A stretch of 32,000 nucleotides of DNA from Propionibacterium freudenreichii subsp. freudenreichii (GCF_000940845.1 NZ_CP010341.1:2430001-2462000), one strand, 5' to 3'. Shown: positions 1-8,046, numbered from the stretch's first letter. Numbers and translations are program-made. Notes: a model not told the origin generated them from the sequence alone.

Positions 1-332
1 TTGCGAGCACTGTCGAGACGGCTCAAACTTTTCTGACCGACTCCGAGGTGGACGCCCTCGTCGGCGACTACCTGGCCGGGATGAGCGTCAAGGCGCTCGC
101 TGAGAGGTACGGCATTCACCGCGCCACCGTGTTCTCCCATCTGCGTCGCCGCAAGGTGCCGAGCCGCCGACCAAGGCTGGGGATCGACGAGAAGGCGGAG
201 GCCGTGCGGCTCACCCGAGCGGGCGTCTCGATGCGGGCCATCGGTCGCCGGATGGGCGTGGACCGTAAGGCCGTGCGGGCTGCACTGGTCGAGGCTGGAC
301 TCATCGTGGACGAGGCGAGCGATGACTCGTAG
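1..332 (+). CDS. 3' part of a DNA-binding protein with two tandem helix-turn-helix modules (recombinase/resolvase-associated type); the 5' end lies outside the window
   Basis: The frame is open from base 3, with no stop upstream of the GTG at 48. Two HTH-like segments: MSVKALAERYGIHRATVFSHL and GVSMRAIGRRMGVDRKAVRAAL. Stop at 330-332. Confidence 0.5.
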   Translation, partial: ASTVETAQTFLTDSEVDALVGDYLAGMSVKALAERYGIHRATVFSHLRRRKVPSRRPRLGIDEKAEAVRLTRAGVSMRAIGRRMGVDRKAVRAALVEAGLIVDEASDDS

Positions 333-363
333 CTGCGGTTCCGATTTGCTGATCCGTCGGTAG

Positions 364-399
364 CTCTCGGCGCACCTCGTCGGTAACGAGCGCCGAGAG
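364..399 (+). terminator. Hairpin downstream of the HTH gene
   Basis: ctctcggcgc (364-373) pairs perfectly with gcgccgagag (390-399). Lies 32 nt after the stop. No U-tract. Confidence 0.4.
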
Positions 400-405
400 G
401 AACCG

Positions 406-538
406 ATGATGACCAGCTTGAGTGAGGTCGCGAATGACGAGCGCACCGCGAGGATGGTGCTGTCCATGCTCATCGAACCCAATGACCCGGTGACAGGACG
501 CATCTTGTCCAGGCTCGGAGCAGTCGAGACGCTTTGGC
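406..538 (+). pseudogene. N-terminal fragment of a DprA/Smf-like protein, cut by an ISL3 end
   Basis: ATG at 406 preceded by gagagg. MMTSLSEVANDERTARMVLSMLIEPNDPVTGRILSRLGAVETLWR resembles actinobacterial DprA N-termini (from memory). The reading frame runs into the ISL3 terminal repeat at 539. Confidence 0.3.
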
Positions 539-622
539 GGCTCATCGCGAATGAGAGTGTAGGAGCGGTCTGAATCCGCCGGCTTCGAGGAGCGATCTGG
601 CGATGGTATGTCGACCTCGGGG
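539..622 (-). mobile_element. ISL3-family remnant: terminal inverted repeat plus the last ~20 codons of a transposase
   Basis: ggctcatcgcgaatgagagtgtagg aligns with the ISL3-A and ISL3-C terminal repeats. The minus strand encodes HTIARSLLEAGGFRPLLHSHSR-stop, matching the ...YIARSLLEAGGFRP... C-termini of the intact copies. Homology ends at about 622. Confidence 0.7.
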
Positions 623-690
623 TTATGTTGACCGGCTCGGTGAGCGCGCAGGCGGGGCAGGGGTGAATGGTTGAGCCGGTCAACATAACC
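621..690. repeat. Perfect 18-bp inverted repeat with a 34-nt spacer
   Basis: ggttatgttgaccggctc (621-638) and gagccggtcaacataacc (673-690). Confidence 0.9.
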
Positions 691-699
691 ATCGCGGTG

Positions 700-1355
700 T
701 CACCGGTTCTTGAGGAACGCGATGAGAGCGTCGGATGCCTTGTATCGGGCTGGTGGCCGCTCGTCGAGCGCGGGAACGCGTTCGAGGGTTCGCTGCTTGA
801 GTTCCAGGTCGGCATGCAAGTAGATCTGCGTGGTCTGGATGCTCGCGTGCCCGAGCCAGAGCGCGATGCTGGCGGTGTCGATGCCGGCGTGCAGGAGGCT
901 CATCGCGCAGGTGTGCCGCAGCGTGTGCGGCGTGACGTTCTTCCCTGTCAATGAAGGACACCTCTCGGCCGCGGTCGCGGCGTGCCGGGTAACGAGCTTC
1001 CCAACGGCAGCCCTGGTCAGGGGTGTCCCGCTGTTGGTCGGGAACAGCGGCCCCTCTCGCGCTGGTGGGAGCTCGGCGAGCCAGGCCGTGAGGAGCCTGA
1101 CGGTGTTCTTCTGCAACGGGATCACGCGTTGCTTGCGGCCCTTCCCGACGCATTCGAGTTGGCTGTGTGGTCCGAGCTGAAGGTCACCGACGCGCAGGTT
1201 GATGAGTTCGCTGACGCGGAGTCCGGTTTGGATGCCCAGGTGCAGCAGGAGCCGGTCGCGGCGACCGAGCCAGGTCCGGGTGTCCGGGGCAGCGATGAGC
1301 GCCTCTGCTTCGGGGCGGTGAGGAACGACACGAGCGTGGTCTTGGTGCGTTTCGC
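700..1355 (-). pseudogene. Tyrosine recombinase/integrase, catalytic C-terminal domain only; 5' end removed by ISL3-A
   Basis: Motifs GLRVSE, TPHTLRHTCAMSLLHAG (HxxR) and LGHASIQTTQIYLHAD (nucleophile Tyr). The apparent start codon at 1365 lies inside the ISL3-A terminal repeat. Confidence 0.85.
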
Positions 1356-2782
1356 GGCTCTTCACGAACGAGGGTGTAGCGGGTTGAGCGTGTCGGTGGC
1401 CGGGTAGGGGTCGAGGTCTCCCTGAGGATGGAAGTTCTCACACTCGCCATCTGCCGGAAGACCTCGACGTGTCACACCCTACTTTCACTACACCTTGCCT
1501 GACCACGTTCTGCGGTCTCGACGAGCTCGGCCTGGAGGCTGTCGGGCAGCGTCTGGACCCGGATCGGGCGGTGATCGAGTGCCGTGTCGTGGAGCCGGAC
1601 CGGTGGTGCCGCGAGTGTGGATGCGAGGGCGCCCCGCGCGACACGGTGATCCGTCGGCTCGCGCATGAGCCATTCGGGCATCGGCCCACGACCCTGCTGA
1701 TCCGGGTCCGGCGCTACAAATGCTGCGGGTGTGGGCGGGTCTGGCGGCAAGACACCACGGCCGCCGCGCCGGTACGGGCGAAGATCTCCCGCGGTGGGTT
1801 GGCGTGGGGGCTGGCGGGCTTGGTCCTCGATCATCTCTCGGTCACGCGTGTCGCGGCAGGGCTGGGGGTGTCCTGGTCCGCCGCGAACGACGCGATCCTC
1901 GCCGAGGGCCGCCGGCGGCTGATCGATGACCCGGCGCGGTTCGAGGGCGTGACCACGATCGGCGTCGACGAGCACGTGTGGCGACACACCCGCCACGGCG
2001 ACACGTACGTGACCGTGATCATCGACCTGACCCCGGTGCGCGACAAGACCGGCCCGGCACGGCTGCTGGACATGGTCGCCGGACGCTCGAAAGCCGTGTT
2101 CAAGACCTGGCTCGCCGCCAGACCGAAGCCCTGGCGAGAGGGGATCGAGGTCGTCGCCATGGACGGATTCACCGGGTTCAAGACCGCCGCCGCCGAAGAA
2201 CTGCCCGACGCGGCCCCGGTCATGGATCCGTTCCACGTGATCCGGCTCGCCGGTGACGCGCTGGAGAACTGCCGACGCCGGGTACAGCACGACGTCTTCG
2301 GCCGGCGGGGCATGAAGGGCGATCCGCTCTACCAGGCCAGACGGACCCTGCTCACCGGTGCCGGTCTGCTCACCGACAAGCAGCAGGCGCGGCTAGATGC
2401 CCTGTTCGCCGAGGACAGGCACGTCGAGGTCGAAGCGACGTGGGGCATCTACCAAGACATGATCACCGCCTACCGGGACAAGGACCGCGGCCTGGGCAGA
2501 TTCTTCCTCGCGCACACGATCGACAAGATCAGCGCCAGCGTCCCGGAGCAGCTCGTCGAGATCCGCAAACTCGCCCGCACCCTCACACAGCGCGCTTCGG
2601 ACGTGCTCGGCTACTTCGACCGCCCCGGCACCAGCAACGGCCCCACCGAAGCGATCAACGGCCGACTCGAACACCTCCGCGGCACGGCCCTCGGCTTCCG
2701 CAACCTCAGCCACTACATCGCTCGGTCGCTGCTCGAAGCCGGCGGATTCAGACCCGCGCTACACCCTCGTTCGTGAAGAGCC
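1356..2782 (+). mobile_element. ISL3-family insertion sequence, copy A (complete, 1427 bp)
   Basis: 26-bp perfect terminal inverted repeats: ggctcttcacgaacgagggtgtagcg at 1356 and its complement ending at 2782. Contains a single transposase ORF. Confidence 0.9.
1469..2776 (+). CDS. ISL3 family transposase
   Basis: 435 aa. N-terminal Cys zinc-finger region (CRECGC...CCGCG), GVDEHVWRH, AMDGFTGFK and TSNGPTEAINGRLE. The stop TGA lies inside the right terminal repeat. Confidence 0.95.
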   Translation: MSHPTFTTPCLTTFCGLDELGLEAVGQRLDPDRAVIECRVVEPDRWCRECGCEGAPRDTVIRRLAHEPFGHRPTTLLIRVRRYKCCGCGRVWRQDTTAAAPVRAKISRGGLAWGLAGLVLDHLSVTRVAAGLGVSWSAANDAILAEGRRRLIDDPARFEGVTTIGVDEHVWRHTRHGDTYVTVIIDLTPVRDKTGPARLLDMVAGRSKAVFKTWLAARPKPWREGIEVVAMDGFTGFKTAAAEELPDAAPVMDPFHVIRLAGDALENCRRRVQHDVFGRRGMKGDPLYQARRTLLTGAGLLTDKQQARLDALFAEDRHVEVEATWGIYQDMITAYRDKDRGLGRFFLAHTIDKISASVPEQLVEIRKLARTLTQRASDVLGYFDRPGTSNGPTEAINGRLEHLRGTALGFRNLSHYIARSLLEAGGFRPALHPRS

Positions 2783-3380
2783 ACAAAGCTGGCCAGTCAG
2801 GCCCTGGACGAGGTGCGTCGCCGAGTCCAGCAAGACACCCTGGGGCGCAGGGGACACGCCAAAGACCCCTTGTATCGGGCTCGGAGACTCCTCCTCACCG
2901 GCGCCAACCACCTCACCGAGAAGATGGCGACCAAGCTGGATGCCCTCCTCCAAGAAGGCGACCCGAACTGGGAGGTGACCATCACTTGGACCGTCTACCA
3001 GAAACTGATCGATGCCTACCAGCAGAGCGACTCCCATGACATGGTCACCCTCATCGATGCTCTCAAGGACCTGGGGGTACCTCCCGCTTGGAGCGAAGCA
3101 CGCGGGGGAGCCGATTCCTGAGGTCGCCAGGCTGGGGCGCACCTTGAAAGCCTGGAAGAGGGAGATCCTGGCCTATTGGCACACCGACCGCTCGAACGCG
3201 GGCCCCACCGAGGCGATCAACAACGTCATCGAGACCACCCGACGCATCGCCCGCGGCTTCCGCAACTTCGACAACTACCGCCTGCGGATCCTCGCCTCAG
3301 CCTCCGGACAACGCCCCTACCGCCAACCCCCGAAACTCGTCAAGCAAGGACAACCAAACCACGCTGAATGACGAAGAGCC
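2783..3380 (+). mobile_element. Partial copy of ISL3-B (3' 598 bp including an intact right terminal repeat), truncated on the left by ISL3-A
   Basis: Near-identical to 5846-6432 of the longer copy, with a handful of substitutions. Ends ...ccacgctgaatgacgaagagcc at 3380. Carries the same internal frameshift as the long copy. Confidence 0.9.
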
Positions 3381-3389
3381 GGATATCCC

Positions 3390-4328
3390 CTATCCATGAA
3401 CCACCGTGAACTTGTCGGAGATCCGACGATAGTGCTTTCTGGGAACTCCTCCAATTTCAGAAACACCGTCTCGCAAAAAAACTCCAGCGAAACGATATGC
3501 ACGAACTCTGGTGACGGGATCGACGGCCTGAATGAATACTACTCGCTTCTGTCCAGTAGCCGAATCTATTGCATTCCAATCCTCATTGTATTCATCCAGA
3601 CTCAGCCCGTCATCCGAGAGCATATTGTTCCAGCCACGACTGACCGCATGCCCCGCAACTGCTTTCTTGGGAAACCAGACCAAATACTCGCTGCCATAGA
3701 TCGACCGGAGAGAACTGGGAACAAAGCAAGACTTGCGAGGACCTCTACTCTCCAGAGAGTATGAAGACCCAAGAATCGAGTTGCATACCGTGGCAATATT
3801 GGCGAATCCGATGTCATCGGCCATGGAAATCTCATCACGGTTCTGGAAGTATGCAAATGGATCGTCCGGTTCAATCACCCAAGGCGAGAAGCCGCCACTT
3901 TGCCGGAGGGTCTCGATTCGTGCGCGCAGCTTTCCAACCACGTCATCGATGGCATTGTCAACCGCTTCAAGCGGAGCCCATTGAACGTTCCCAGTGTGAT
4001 CCCTGACAAACACGTCGATGTCAAGTTGTTGATACCCACTGTTCGGTTGAACTTGATGCAGCACATCGAATATGGTAATCGTTCTGCCCGCGTCTTGCTC
4101 TGAGCGAGTTGCGTGATACGGTTCGTTGCATTCGATGCCCATATTGAGCTGTGGAAAGTACAAGTCAATGAAGTATCGCGACCGAGGATCGATCGCAACC
4201 AGCTTCTGGGAGACCGGCTGGACTTCAGAGTCGTCGAGGCGGTTCCAAACCGCGTTCACGACGTAGTTCTCATAGTCTTTGCGACTCGTTCGCGAGAGTG
4301 TCCGCGCCAAGTACTCCAGTTTTTCCAC
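3390..4328 (-). CDS. Putative modification-dependent (type IV) restriction endonuclease of PvuRts1I/AbaSI-like architecture
   Basis: 312 aa. GTG start with AGGAGA 6 nt upstream. The N-terminal half has a Vsr/DUF559-like nuclease signature, IDLYFPQLNMGIECNEPYH. The C-terminal half has VWFPKK...WNNMLSDDG and VRAYRFAGVF, resembling the SRA-like domain of that family (recognised from memory, not searched). Low-GC codon usage. Confidence 0.6.
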   Translation of the reverse strand: MEKLEYLARTLSRTSRKDYENYVVNAVWNRLDDSEVQPVSQKLVAIDPRSRYFIDLYFPQLNMGIECNEPYHATRSEQDAGRTITIFDVLHQVQPNSGYQQLDIDVFVRDHTGNVQWAPLEAVDNAIDDVVGKLRARIETLRQSGGFSPWVIEPDDPFAYFQNRDEISMADDIGFANIATVCNSILGSSYSLESRGPRKSCFVPSSLRSIYGSEYLVWFPKKAVAGHAVSRGWNNMLSDDGLSLDEYNEDWNAIDSATGQKRVVFIQAVDPVTRVRAYRFAGVFLRDGVSEIGGVPRKHYRRISDKFTVVHG

Positions 4329-4560
4329 GGCTATTCTCCTCTAGACAGTCTGGGCCAACGCCCGTTGGCGGCGGTCTTGCATGATCAAGCAGAACCACGT
4401 CAGCGGGCTTCCTTCTGGCCACGAGATCCATTGCAGCGCCCGAACTCAATGCTCATCCAGTCTACCCTCCTGATGCCCAGTTGTACGGCGGTTGACAGTG
4501 GACAGATCTTCTGAGCACAAAAGGCTGCCCAGCAGGGAACTGCACGCATATGCTTCGAGC

Positions 4561-4900
4561 ATGTCTACCGACTTGGGCGGGCTCCTAACCGCCGTTCAAC
4601 AGGATCTCGGCGACTCAGCGAACTGGCAGTGTCCTGTCGAGTTCCACGACTCGTTGGCCCTGTGCGCGCTCAACTCCGCATACTCCCTTCGCGCTACCTC
4701 AGCCTCAGTCAAGAAAGTGATCTCGCTATACCGGGAGTCTCGTGCGACAGCGGATACCGACAGTGGACCCGATCTCCTCCAGTTCATGCAGGAAGCGGGC
4801 GGGCCCGAGGACTTCGCTCGCGATGTTCTGCAAAACCTGAGCAAACTGCCCGGCACGAGTCGACTTCGAACCGTTGGGATACATGAAGCACTGACAAACC
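4561..4900 (+). pseudogene. Hypothetical protein, 3' end removed by ISL3-B insertion
   Basis: ATG at 4561. 113 codons of plausible low-GC coding sequence (MSTDLGGLLTAVQQ...GIHEALTN) run straight into the ISL3-B left terminal repeat at 4901. Divergent from the endonuclease gene. Confidence 0.5.
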
Positions 4901-6432
4901 GGCTCTTCGTCATTCAGCGTGGTTTGGTGAGGCTGGCCTGAGTGTCGTGGGGTGGTGAGAGGGGTGTGTCGGTGCTGGTGAGAAGGGTCGGGGCCTTCTT
5001 GAATGGGAAGCGTTCAGACTCACCCGTTCGAAGAAGACCCCGACCGTGTTCCACACTACCTGCACTCATCCCGGCTACTGCACGCTCGCTGATGCCATCG
5101 CTGACCTCCCCGGCTTCCACGTCACGCGTGTGGACCGCTCACCTGCGGGCCTGCGTCTGAACGTCGAGACCGACCCTGGGGGAGTGCTCTGCCCCGCCTG
5201 TGGGGTCCAGGCTGTGGCGGATGGTCGCCAACAACGTCTCCTCCACGACATCGGTGTCTTCGGTGTCCCTGTCCTCCTCGTGTGGTCCAGGCGCACCTGG
5301 CGGTGCAGGCAACACTCCTGCCCCCAGGTCTCGTGGGGGGAAGAGACGCAGTTGGCTCCACCCCTGCCAAGCACTTCACGACCCGAGCCATCACCTGGGC
5401 TGTGAACCAGCTTCTCACCCGAGACGTTGTCATCTCCGCCCTGGCCCGGGACCTCCAGGTGGGGTGGCGCACCTTGTGGAAGGCAATCGAGGGACCCCTC
5501 CAGGAGCGCCTCAAGGAGATCAGCGACCAGGCCAGCGTGGAAGCCCTGGGCCTCGACGAGCACGTGTGGCGTCATTGCGGGCCCCACAAGAATCGGATGA
5601 TCACCGGGGTGGTGGACCACACGAGGCCGAAGAGAGGCAAGGACGGGAAGACGAAGCCGTTCGCGAGGCTCCTGGATGTCCAGGTCGGGCGCTCGGGAGC
5701 GGTCGCTGAGGACTGGTTGGCCTCCCAAGGCAAGGAGTTCGCGAGCAAGATCCTCATCGCTGCCATCGACCCCTACAGGGGCTATGCCAACGCGATCTCA
5801 GCGACCCTGAAAGAGGCGGACATGGTCGTCGACATCTTCCACGTGACAAAGCTGGCCAGTCAGGCCCTGGACGAGGTGCGTCGCCGAGTCCAGCAGGACA
5901 CCCTGGGGCGCAGGGGACACGCCAAAGACCCCTTGTATCGGGCTCGGAGACTCCTCCTCACCGGGGCCAGCCACCTCACGGAGAAGATGGCGACCAAGCT
6001 GGATGCCCTCCTCCAAGAAGGCGACCCGAACTGGGAGGTGACCATCACTTGGACCGTCTACCAGAAGCTGATCGATGCCTACCAGCAGAGCGACTCCCAT
6101 GACATGGTCACCCTCATCGATGCTCTCAAGGACCTGGGGGTACCTCCCGCTTGGAGCGAAGCACGCGGGGGAGCCGATTCCTGAGGTCGCCAGGCTGGGG
6201 CGCACCTTGAAAGCCTGGAAGAGGGAGATCCTGGCCTATTGGCACACCGACCGCTCGAACGCGGGCCCCACCGAGGCGATCAACAACGTCATCGAGACCA
6301 CCCGACGCATCGCCCGCGGCTTCCGCAACTTCGACAACTACCGCCTGCGGATCCTCGCCTCAGCCTCCGGACAACGCCCCTACCGCCAACCCCCGAAACT
6401 CGTCAAGCAAGGACAACCAAACCACGCTGAAT
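4901..6432 (+). mobile_element. ISL3-family insertion sequence, copy B (nearly complete; last 11 bp of the right repeat replaced by IS3-A)
   Basis: The left repeat ggctcttcgtcattcagcgtggtttggt at 4901 is a perfect 28-bp inverted match to the right repeat preserved at 3353-3380. The sequence diverges after gctgaat at 6432. Confidence 0.9.
5046..6432 (+). pseudogene. ISL3 family transposase broken into three frames
   Basis: Three successive ORFs (5046-5405, 5282-6184, 6075-6545) together give a full ISL3 transposase: zinc-finger N-terminus, GLDEHVWRH, AIDPYRGY, SNAGPTEAINN. Frame changes are near the C-run at about 5355 and the G-run at about 6135. The native stop is lost to the IS3 junction. 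Confidence 0.8.
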
Positions 6433-7377
6433 TGGGGTTACCCGCAAGTTTCGGACGGTTGGATTGGTCCAGGCGGCCCGTGTCAGGGCTGCCGCGTGTT
6501 GGGCTTCGAACTCGACTGGGGTCTGGTAGCCGATCGCTGAGTTGAGGCGCTTCGTGTTGTAGAAGTCGTAGATCCACTCCTCCACGCCCTGAATGGCCTG
6601 CTGGGGGGTGTCCCACTCGTAGCGGTCGTAGAACTCAGCCTTCAACACGGACCACTGGGATTCGATCATCGCATTGTCCCAGCACACCCCGGTGCGTCCC
6701 ATTGACTGGTCGAGGTGGAGTTCCCGGCAGCACTCATACATCTGCTCGGAGGTGAATTGCGTGCCACGGTCGGAATGGATGATCACTTTCCTGGGCGCGT
6801 TCGGGCGAATAATGCGAGCCCGGCGCAACGCCTCCTCCACGAGGTCCGTCGTCATGGTCGTCGACATGGCGGTTGCGATGACCTTCCGGGAGCAAGCGTC
6901 CTTGATGGCGCACAGGTACACCCACCCGGCCCGCGTCCTCAGGTAGGTGATGCCGGTGACCCACACGCGATCCACCTGCCCCGTGTCCCAGTGTCGCTTG
7001 ACCCGGTCAGGGATCGAATGCGTGCGCGTCCCCGGTATCGTCGTCACCGGACGGAACCGGCGCGGGCTGATGCCCGCAAGGCCCTGACGGCGCATCGAGG
7101 CCGCCACCGTCTTACGATCCACCACCACCCCCTCACGGCGAAGCTGGGCGCACACACGCAGGTACCCGTACGTGCTTCGGGAGTCCACCCATATGCGGCG
7201 CACCGCCTCATCCAGGCGCCGACGCGCCCGGAGGCTGGGGAGAAGATGATCCCCATCCCGCTGCTGGGCCGCAACCCACGCGTAGTACCCGGAAGTGGAC
7301 ACTTTCAACAGGCGGGCCATCCGGGCAATCGGGTACCGAGCCTTCTCCGCCTGCATCAGCGTGTACTTCTCACTCAC
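6403..7377 (-). CDS. IS3 family transposase OrfB (DDE integrase)
   Basis: HSDRGTQFTS and CWDNAMIESQW motifs. GTGA start/stop overlap with orfA. The ORF has no stop inside the element and reads 30 nt into the flanking ISL3-B sequence. Confidence 0.85.
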   Translation of the reverse strand: MSEKYTLMQAEKARYPIARMARLLKVSTSGYYAWVAAQQRDGDHLLPSLRARRRLDEAVRRIWVDSRSTYGYLRVCAQLRREGVVVDRKTVAASMRRQGLAGISPRRFRPVTTIPGTRTHSIPDRVKRHWDTGQVDRVWVTGITYLRTRAGWVYLCAIKDACSRKVIATAMSTTMTTDLVEEALRRARIIRPNAPRKVIIHSDRGTQFTSEQMYECCRELHLDQSMGRTGVCWDNAMIESQWSVLKAEFYDRYEWDTPQQAIQGVEEWIYDFYNTKRLNSAIGYQTPVEFEAQHAAALTRAAWTNPTVRNLRVTPIQRGLVVLA

Positions 7378-7679
7378 TGATGCTTCGCAGCGAAGAAGGC
7401 CGCTGCTTTTCCCAAGAACTCGTTGTCCATCCGCAGGTCCGCGTTCTCCTTGCGGAGCCGCTTCAACTCCTCGCGTTCATCCGGACTCAACGTGCTCGGC
7501 GTCATGGTCTCCTTCTCTGCCTTCACCCACCTGCCCAACAGTTGGGGACCCAGCCCCAGCTCCTGGGCGACCTCGGCGATCGTGCGACCCGAGTCGATCA
7601 CCATCCTCGCCGCCTCATGGCGGTACTGGGCCGTGAACTTGCGACGCTGCCTCCGCGTCTTCTCGTTCCCCGTGCTCAT
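7374..7679 (-). CDS. IS3 family transposase OrfA (HTH)
   Basis: MSTGNEKTRRQRRKFTAQYRHEAARMV...LRKENADLRMDNEFLGKAAAFFA. The ATG at 7679 is inside the element; the longer ORF-track start at 7748 lies outside it. Confidence 0.85.
   Translation of the reverse strand: MSTGNEKTRRQRRKFTAQYRHEAARMVIDSGRTIAEVAQELGLGPQLLGRWVKAEKETMTPSTLSPDEREELKRLRKENADLRMDNEFLGKAAAFFAAKHQ
7407..7413 (-). other. Candidate -1 programmed frameshift heptamer G GGA AAA for an OrfAB fusion
   Basis: The minus strand reads TTG GGA AAA GCA in the orfA frame. The -1 frame stays open from here into orfB (GKSSGLLRCEASVSEK...). Confidence 0.5.
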
Positions 7680-7748
7680 GACAACACCTTCCCCCAGGGC
7701 CACCAGGCCCCGCCACATCAGGTGTCCGAAAAACCAGGGTAGGCCCAC

Positions 7749-7964
7749 TGCACGGCTGGCGGCACCATGGCGGTGAAGCGCGGCACCACCTATTGCACCT
7801 TCGGCACGCAGGTGCAGACAGCACTTGCTGCCGACGCCACGCGCACGTCGCTCACCCTCACCAACAGCCAGACCAGACGGTCAGTGGCCGTCACCTGCGC
7901 CAAGGGCACCACGATCACCACATGCACCGGGGACGACGGTTCGGTGGTCTGGCTGCGCGGCTGA
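7749..7964 (+). pseudogene. 3' fragment of an unknown Thr/Cys-rich protein, cut by IS3-A
   Basis: The frame is open from the IS3 boundary to the stop at 7962-7964: ...TYCTFGTQVQTALAADATRTSLTLTNSQTRRSVAVTCAKGTTITTCTGDDGSVVWLRG. Confidence 0.3.
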
Positions 7965-8046
7965 CCCGGCGCGCTCGGAGGCCGTGCGCCTGGATGCGTA
8001 CGACCGGACCACGGCGCACGTCGGGGCATGGTGCCACACTGGAGAC

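Larger units (their letters stand above)
6433..7747 (-). mobile_element. IS3-family insertion sequence, copy A (1315 bp)
   Basis: Terminal repeats tggggttacccgcaagtttcgg (6433) and tgggcctaccctggtttttcgg (complement of 7726-7747) match at 15/22. Has the orfA/orfB organisation. Confidence 0.85.

Noticed and set aside
4492-4560. TTG start at 4492 for the truncated gene, and TTGACA at 4492-4497 as a -35 box
   Set aside because: The N-terminal extension (MTVDRSSEHKRLPSRELHAYASS) looks non-coding and the ATG at 4561 is preferred. No convincing -10 hexamer lies 16-18 nt downstream of the TTGACA.
2783-6432. IS-cargo-IS interpreted as an active composite transposon
   Set aside because: The upstream ISL3-B copy lacks its whole left half and left repeat, the downstream copy lacks 11 bp of its right repeat and has a broken transposase, and there are no matching outer target duplications. 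At best it is a relic.
7825-8046. N-terminal 74-codon extension of the aat ORF
   Set aside because: Its composition is Pro/Arg/Ala-rich, and it overlaps the 3' end of the fragment gene at 7749-7964. Aat similarity begins only after the ATG at 8047.
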